Positions 60,972 through 64,000 of a stretch of DNA of 64,000 nt are shown here, in pieces; the first letter of the stretch is position 1; every line of letters begins with the position of its first letter. The translations under genes were made by a program, and so were the position numbers. The stretch is from Rebecca billardiae RCC1528 (Eukaryota; Protista; Haptophyta), in contig OZ251238.1 in NCBI GenBank assembly GCA_965240325.2, positions 1,116,001-1,180,000 of the forward strand. The letters are read 5' to 3'. The notes under the pieces were generated by a model, which saw only the letters and a program-made list of their open reading frames with translations, was not told where the DNA came from and did not search any database.

Positions 60972-62249
60972 ATGACGCGAAGCGTCGGCGCCATCCCCGC
61001 GCTCGTGGCGCTCGCGGCGCTCCTCTCCTGCCTGCCCGCGGGCCCCGCGCTCGCCACCGCCGCGGACGCCGCGCGTCCCCCGCCGATGCCCTCCGCAAAG
61101 CCGGCGGCGCGCGCGCCACACGCCCGCGGCCCCTTCCGTCGGTTCCTCCTTGGCTCGCTGCCGGCGATCGGGTACGCCGGGCTCGCGGGCAGCAGCCTCG
61201 CCGCGGGCGTGCTGCTCGCGCCCGTGCTCTCGAGCTCGGGCAGCGTCGCGCTCATCGGCACGTGCGTCGTCGCGCCCGCCGCCTCTCTGGCCGTGCAGCT
61301 TCTTGGCGCGTCGGGCGGCAGCGTCGCGCGCCGCATGGGCGGCGTGCCCGCGGACGCGCGGCTCGTGGAGCTGGCGCACGAGGCGGCGGCGGCGGTGGGC
61401 GTGCCCAGCCCGGCGGAGGTGTACCTGCTGCCCGCGCGCGAGCCCAACGCCTTCGCCGCCGGCCGGCCCGGCCGCACCGCCGTCGCGGTCACGAAGGGCC
61501 TCGTGGAGAGCCTCTCAGAGCGCGAGCTCCAGGCAGTTCTGGCGCACGAGATGGGGCACCTGAAGCGGCGCGACGTGGGGCGCAACATGCACGTGGCCGT
61601 CGCGCTCGCCGGCCTCGGCGGGCTCTGGCGCGCCGGACGGCGCGTCTCGCACTCCGCGCGGCAGGGCGCGCAGCAGGCGGCGGCCGCGGCCGCCGAGGCG
61701 GCCGCGGCCGTCGAGCGCGCGAAGGCAGGAGGGCTGGGGCGGAGGGCGCAGGCGGAGGCGGAGCGCGCGGCGGCGGAGCTGGAGGAGCGCGCGGCGGCGG
61801 CGGCGCGCAACGCGGACGGCCTGCGCGCGCTCGGGTACGCGCTCTGCCTCGTCGGCGCCGCCACGCAGGCGGTCGGCCAACTGCTAGGCCTCGGCGCGAG
61901 CCGCGCGGCCGAACTCGAGGCGGATGCGGAGGCGGCGCGCGCGTTCGGCGCGGAGGCGATGGCGTCGGCGCTGGGCAAGATCGAGGGGCGCGGCGCGGAG
62001 TACGACGACCTGCGCGCGACGGGGCTGGGCGCGAGCCTCGCGCACTGCATGCTGAGCAACGGCCCGCGCGCGCGCCGCCGCGCCGCGCCGCGCGCCGACG
62101 GCGAGGGCGCGCCGGCGCCGCGCAGCGACGGCGGCGGCGGGAGCGGCGGCGGCGGGCTCGGCGGTTGGCTGGAGCGCGCGCAGCGGCTGACGCGGACGCA
62201 CCCGCCCTTCGAGGTGCGCATCGCGTCGCTGCGCGCGGCCGGGCGCTGA
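60972..62249 (+). CDS. M48-family (HtpX-like) membrane zinc metalloprotease
   Basis: EPNAFAAG, AVAVTKGLV, ELQAVLAHEMGH (HExxH), ELEAD, THPPFEVRI; N-terminal signal peptide. Confidence 0.88.
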   Translation: MTRSVGAIPALVALAALLSCLPAGPALATAADAARPPPMPSAKPAARAPHARGPFRRFLLGSLPAIGYAGLAGSSLAAGVLLAPVLSSSGSVALIGTCVVAPAASLAVQLLGASGGSVARRMGGVPADARLVELAHEAAAAVGVPSPAEVYLLPAREPNAFAAGRPGRTAVAVTKGLVESLSERELQAVLAHEMGHLKRRDVGRNMHVAVALAGLGGLWRAGRRVSHSARQGAQQAAAAAAEAAAAVERAKAGGLGRRAQAEAERAAAELEERAAAAARNADGLRALGYALCLVGAATQAVGQLLGLGASRAAELEADAEAARAFGAEAMASALGKIEGRGAEYDDLRATGLGASLAHCMLSNGPRARRRAAPRADGEGAPAPRSDGGGGSGGGGLGGWLERAQRLTRTHPPFEVRIASLRAAGR

Positions 62250-63047
62250 CGGCGCGCAGCCGCCGCGCGCGCGCGCGCGCATCAGCGCTTGCCGAGCCTG
62301 CCGACGGCCGTGTACTACCCGGTCTGCCGTGCTGCCAGGGTGTGCTTGGCCCCCGCGGTGCGCCCGGCCAGGTTCGGGCTACTTCCAGTATTGCCTACTG
62401 CCATCAGCAGTGTCATGACAGACATGAGCTGCCACCCGTCGCGCCAATTACTGAAACATATACGGTCAGACGAATTCGTGATGAAATAATATTCACAGCA
62501 ACGATTTCTTTTTTAAAGCGGCCGTTAAGGAAACTCCAACAAATTGATTTTCGGCCGTTAACGGCTGAATCTGGTGGTCCGGGCCAAATCCCGAGAGCGT
62601 TCGTCCGCTCGGCGTCGCACGGACGCCGTCGGAGGGCTTGGCGGCCGACGTTCGACTCGCGGTGCGCGCGTGCGCCGTGCGTGCGCGTGTGGCGGCGTCC
62701 ACGTCGCCGCTGCGCCACCGGTGCTCTAATCGCGAGTGTTCCCCAACCTATCCCCCGCCTGCCCCGCACCCGCTCCGCGTCCCGACGCGCCACGCCGATC
62801 TACTTTGCTAGGTCTGTTCGTGACACGGTGCGAATTCGCGCCCGCCCGCACGCCGCCGCGCGCGGGGATGCAGGAAGTGTATGGAGGGGCGCGGAGTTGT
62901 TATTCAGGCGGCGGGTTACTCGTGATGCACGCACATGCGCAGCGGGAACGCTTACTTTTGCATGGGTGACCGGGAATTTGCATCAGACTAACTTGCGGCG
63001 GCTACGGCCGGCCCGGCCGCGCCGCACCGCGCTCGCCGCGCGCAGCA

Positions 63048-64000
63048 ATGACGACGGCTGTGCTCACCGTGGGCAAGGGCAAGCGTTCCTGCGCGAAGCC
63101 TAGGAAGTCCAAGCTGTATCGCAAAGGTGCCTAACGCATCGGGCGCCAGGTCTCTGCCGCATCTGCGCGGCTGCGCATGGCCGCGGCGCTGCCGCACGAG
63201 ATGCTCAAGCTGTCAGCGCGCGCGAGGCGGGGAGCGAGGTGGACCACTCGATCATGCCGAACGAGAACTACCCGGCGGAGGTCAAGCGCAGCGTCAACAG
63301 CCTCGTCGCCATCAAGGCCGAGCGGAAGAAGAACAACCTGCTGCGTGTAGCCAAGCTGCTGCTCTTCAAGTGAGACGCGCTCGGGCTTGCCTGCCTTCAC
63401 TCGCTCGACGACGAGGGCGTCGTGCACTAGGCGCGCGAGAAGGACCGCACACTGCGCATCGTGGGCTCGCGCCAGCCCGAGAGATCTCGACGTGGCTCAA
63501 CCTGGGCATGCGCCACCCGATCCCGCCGCCGGTGGCTGGCTCACGTGAGAGCGCGCTGCGCAATCGCGAGCACGCGGGCGCGGGCGTGATGATGATCGGC
63601 AGCGAGTCGGCGGCGCGGCCGTGGGCGCAGGCCGTGGGCGCCGTGCTGGACCGCTTGGAGCGCTACGGCAAGTCCGCGCGCCCGCGCGGGCAGCCGCATG
63701 TCCTCCTCCTCTCGGCGGACACGGGCCAAACGCAGCGCACTCGCGCTCGGCCACGATCGCCATCGTGCGCAACGATGAGGGTGTTGCGCTCGCGTCGTCG
63801 GAGGCGATCGCCATCTCGGAGCGGCCGGACTCGGACATGCCCGAGCTATGGAGTGCGCACGCCGACGGGATCAATGACGTGCTCCGGAGCGGCCGGCTCC
63901 CACCGCGACCGGCGCCGCCAGCTGCCGCCGCTGCACGTGGCCAGCGCGGCAGGGCGGCGCGGCTGGCGGCGCGGCAGGCGGCGCGGCCGGCGACGCGGCC
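63048..64000 (+). CDS. Probable 5' part of a multi-exon gene running off the window
   Basis: ATG at about 63048 with Lys-rich exon ending at a GT donor; coding-like stretch MPNENYPAEVKRSVNSL near 63254-63370; open coding-like frame in the last 300 bp; exon structure unresolved. Confidence 0.3.

Noticed and set aside
60818-62221. N-terminal 468-aa extension of ORF 58151..62221 overlapping the M48 gene antisense
   Set aside because: Stop-free antisense frame of the protease; the credible start is ATG 60817 with a signal peptide

Overview
Gene-dense, very GC-rich eukaryotic nuclear DNA with short (about 95-350 nt) GT-AG introns full of GCGCGC runs. Bipartite plastid-targeting presequences, a violaxanthin de-epoxidase-like gene and a front-end desaturase point to an alga with a complex red-type plastid; the style suggests a Pavlovales haptophyte (inference only). 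About 20 protein genes can be supported, many needing splicing that the ORF track misses: VDL, a BK/Slo-type K+ channel, a SAM methyltransferase, a formin, a MAPK15/ERK7-like kinase, a stand-alone glutamate synthase small subunit, a cytochrome-b5 desaturase, an MRS2/CorA transporter, a RecQ helicase, HIS6, an EF-hand/ankyrin TRP channel and an M48 peptidase. Mobile DNA includes a 5'-truncated LINE-like element carrying an OTU-like protease domain and ending in a 25-bp tandem array, a GATC-saturated 626-bp MITE with perfect 32-bp TIRs nested in a smaller palindromic MITE family, and microsatellites. The most notable candidates are the TRP channel with a signal+transit-like presequence and EF-hands, the OTU-bearing retroelement, and the GATC-rich MITE. 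Exon boundaries were read by eye; no database searches were run.
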